The notes under the pieces are model-generated. The model saw only the letters and a program-made list of their open reading frames with translations, searched no databases and was not told where the DNA came from. A program made the translations under genes and the position numbers. This document shows positions 63,021 to 64,000 of a stretch of 64,000 nt of DNA, in pieces (the first letter of the stretch is position 1; every line of letters starts with the position of its first letter). Source of the DNA: a virus (taxonomy: Duplodnaviria > Heunggongvirae > Uroviricota > Caudoviricetes); IMG/VR virus record IMGVR_UViG_3300029850_000274, positions 76,794 through 140,793 of that record. One strand, 5' to 3'.

Positions 63021-63583
63021 ATATGAGTAAAGAGAAAAGTACAGTATGGAAGATTCCAGTAATTATTCTAGTAGGAGTTGTGGCGGTATTTCTAGCCTGT
63101 ACATTTGGAGTTCAGAGTTCGCAGAACCATGCAATTTCATTAGAAGAACAGGTTGATAAAGCAAAATCTGACATTAATGTACAAGAGAAACGCAGGATTG
63201 ATCTGATTTATAACTTGGCAGATTGTGTGAAATCTTATGATAAACATGAGGCAAATACACTTAAAGAAATCGTTAAAGGACGTAGTTCTAAAGGAACTGT
63301 TGAAAATGCAAGTACAGCAATTGCAGCAGTTACAGAATCTTATCCAGAACTCAAGGCAGATAAGAACTATAAAAGGTTAATGAATGAATTATCTGTCACA
63401 GAGAATTTAATTGCCGAATATCGCAGTAACTATAATCAGCAGATCAAAGAATATAACAGATATGTAAAGAAATTTCCAACACGAATTTTCTTAAATAATC
63501 TTGGATATGAAACAAAAAATTATACTTATTTAGAATATAAGGATGCTCCCGAAACTGCCCCTCAGCATTTATTTGGAGAGTAA
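63017..63583 (+). CDS. lemA: LemA-family membrane protein
   Basis: N-terminal TM helix, then the LemA pattern ...QEKRRIDLIYNLADCVKSYDKHEANTLKEIVKGR...ITENLIAEYRSNYNQQIKEYNRYVKKFPTRIF. Confidence 0.6.
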   Translation: MNMSKEKSTVWKIPVIILVGVVAVFLACTFGVQSSQNHAISLEEQVDKAKSDINVQEKRRIDLIYNLADCVKSYDKHEANTLKEIVKGRSSKGTVENASTAIAAVTESYPELKADKNYKRLMNELSVTENLIAEYRSNYNQQIKEYNRYVKKFPTRIFLNNLGYETKNYTYLEYKDAPETAPQHLFGE

Positions 63584-63586
63584 TAT

Positions 63587-64000
63587 ATGAAGCAACACAA
63601 AGGATTGAATTTTGGTAATTATGAGATAACTCCAAGGGAAATCTTAGCGAGTGTAACATTGATCGCAGTCATGCTTGTGTTTGGAATCGTTATCAGTAGT
63701 AATATTGATAATTCCATCCTTGATAAAAATGAAGAATACAATCACGCCCTTAAGATAAAAAATGATGATGTTTTTCAATATGGTATGGAAACCAATGTAG
63801 GTAACGCTTTTGTTTATGGGAAGTTAGAACCTGTAGACACAGTTACATACAAAGAAATTGGTGGTAAGTATTATTATGTTAGAAAAGTCAGACAAGAGTA
63901 TCGCAGACATGAAAAAATTGAAAGAGTAAAAGGCAGTAAAGGAAAAGTCCATTACAGAAAGAGAGTTTGGTATTCGTGGGATGACATGTGGAGAGAAAGT
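63587..64000 (+). CDS. membrane protein, partial (continues beyond window end)
   Basis: ATG follows GGAGAG. TM helix ILASVTLIAVMLVFGIVI. Its position after lemA suggests the usual LemA plus TPM-like partner. Confidence 0.4.
   Translation, partial: MKQHKGLNFGNYEITPREILASVTLIAVMLVFGIVISSNIDNSILDKNEEYNHALKIKNDDVFQYGMETNVGNAFVYGKLEPVDTVTYKEIGGKYYYVRKVRQEYRRHEKIERVKGSKGKVHYRKRVWYSWDDMWRES

Noticed and set aside
1-64000. CRISPR arrays, rRNA genes and host chromosomal genes
   Set aside because: No spacer-repeat periodicity, rRNA-like GC-rich conserved blocks or recognisable bacterial housekeeping genes were seen. The entire window reads as phage.

Overview
The window reads as one contiguous piece of a large low-GC phage or prophage genome from a Firmicutes (Clostridia-like) host. 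More than 95 genes lie almost entirely on the + strand. There are no recognisable host housekeeping genes, no CRISPR array and no structural (capsid or tail) genes. At the left edge, a divergent XRE/cI-like repressor faces two tandem near-consensus sigma-A promoters that carry TATCA-N4-TGATA operator-like inverted repeats. A ~0.7 kb ORF-free structured leader follows, then a dense block of small early genes (1.2-8.7 kb) with repeated translation-initiation cassettes. The accessory and regulatory features are:
- a complete hicA-hicB toxin-antitoxin pair
- two Bro-N anti-repressor-like proteins
- a tyrosine recombinase and a metallophosphoesterase
- a MazF/EndoA-like orphan toxin cassette whose operator-bearing promoter recurs 40 kb downstream, in front of a secreted 3D-domain protein
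- a five-gene NAD+ island (nicotinamidase-like, Prs/Adps-like, NAMPT/Namat-like, HAD phosphatase, NadE)
- an SPFH protein
- a tRNA gene with a ~68-nt insertion in its anticodon loop, preceded by paired palindromes
- a second divergent XRE repressor with its own promoter
- a J-domain protein
- a DHH-DHHA1 NrnA-like phosphoesterase
- two paralogous small sigma factors
- a nucleotidyltransferase next to a HigA-like HTH
- a nucleoside 2-deoxyribosyltransferase-like protein
The replication module comprises an SSB-like protein, a Sak4-like AAA_24 ATPase, a DnaB-like helicase, a DnaG-like primase, a RecJ-like exonuclease, DnaE Pol III alpha, a RecD2-like helicase and the NAD-dependent ligase LigA. 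LemA and a partial membrane protein end the window. The most notable candidate is the extended phage NAD+ reconstitution island. All functional calls rest on motifs read by eye; no database search was possible.
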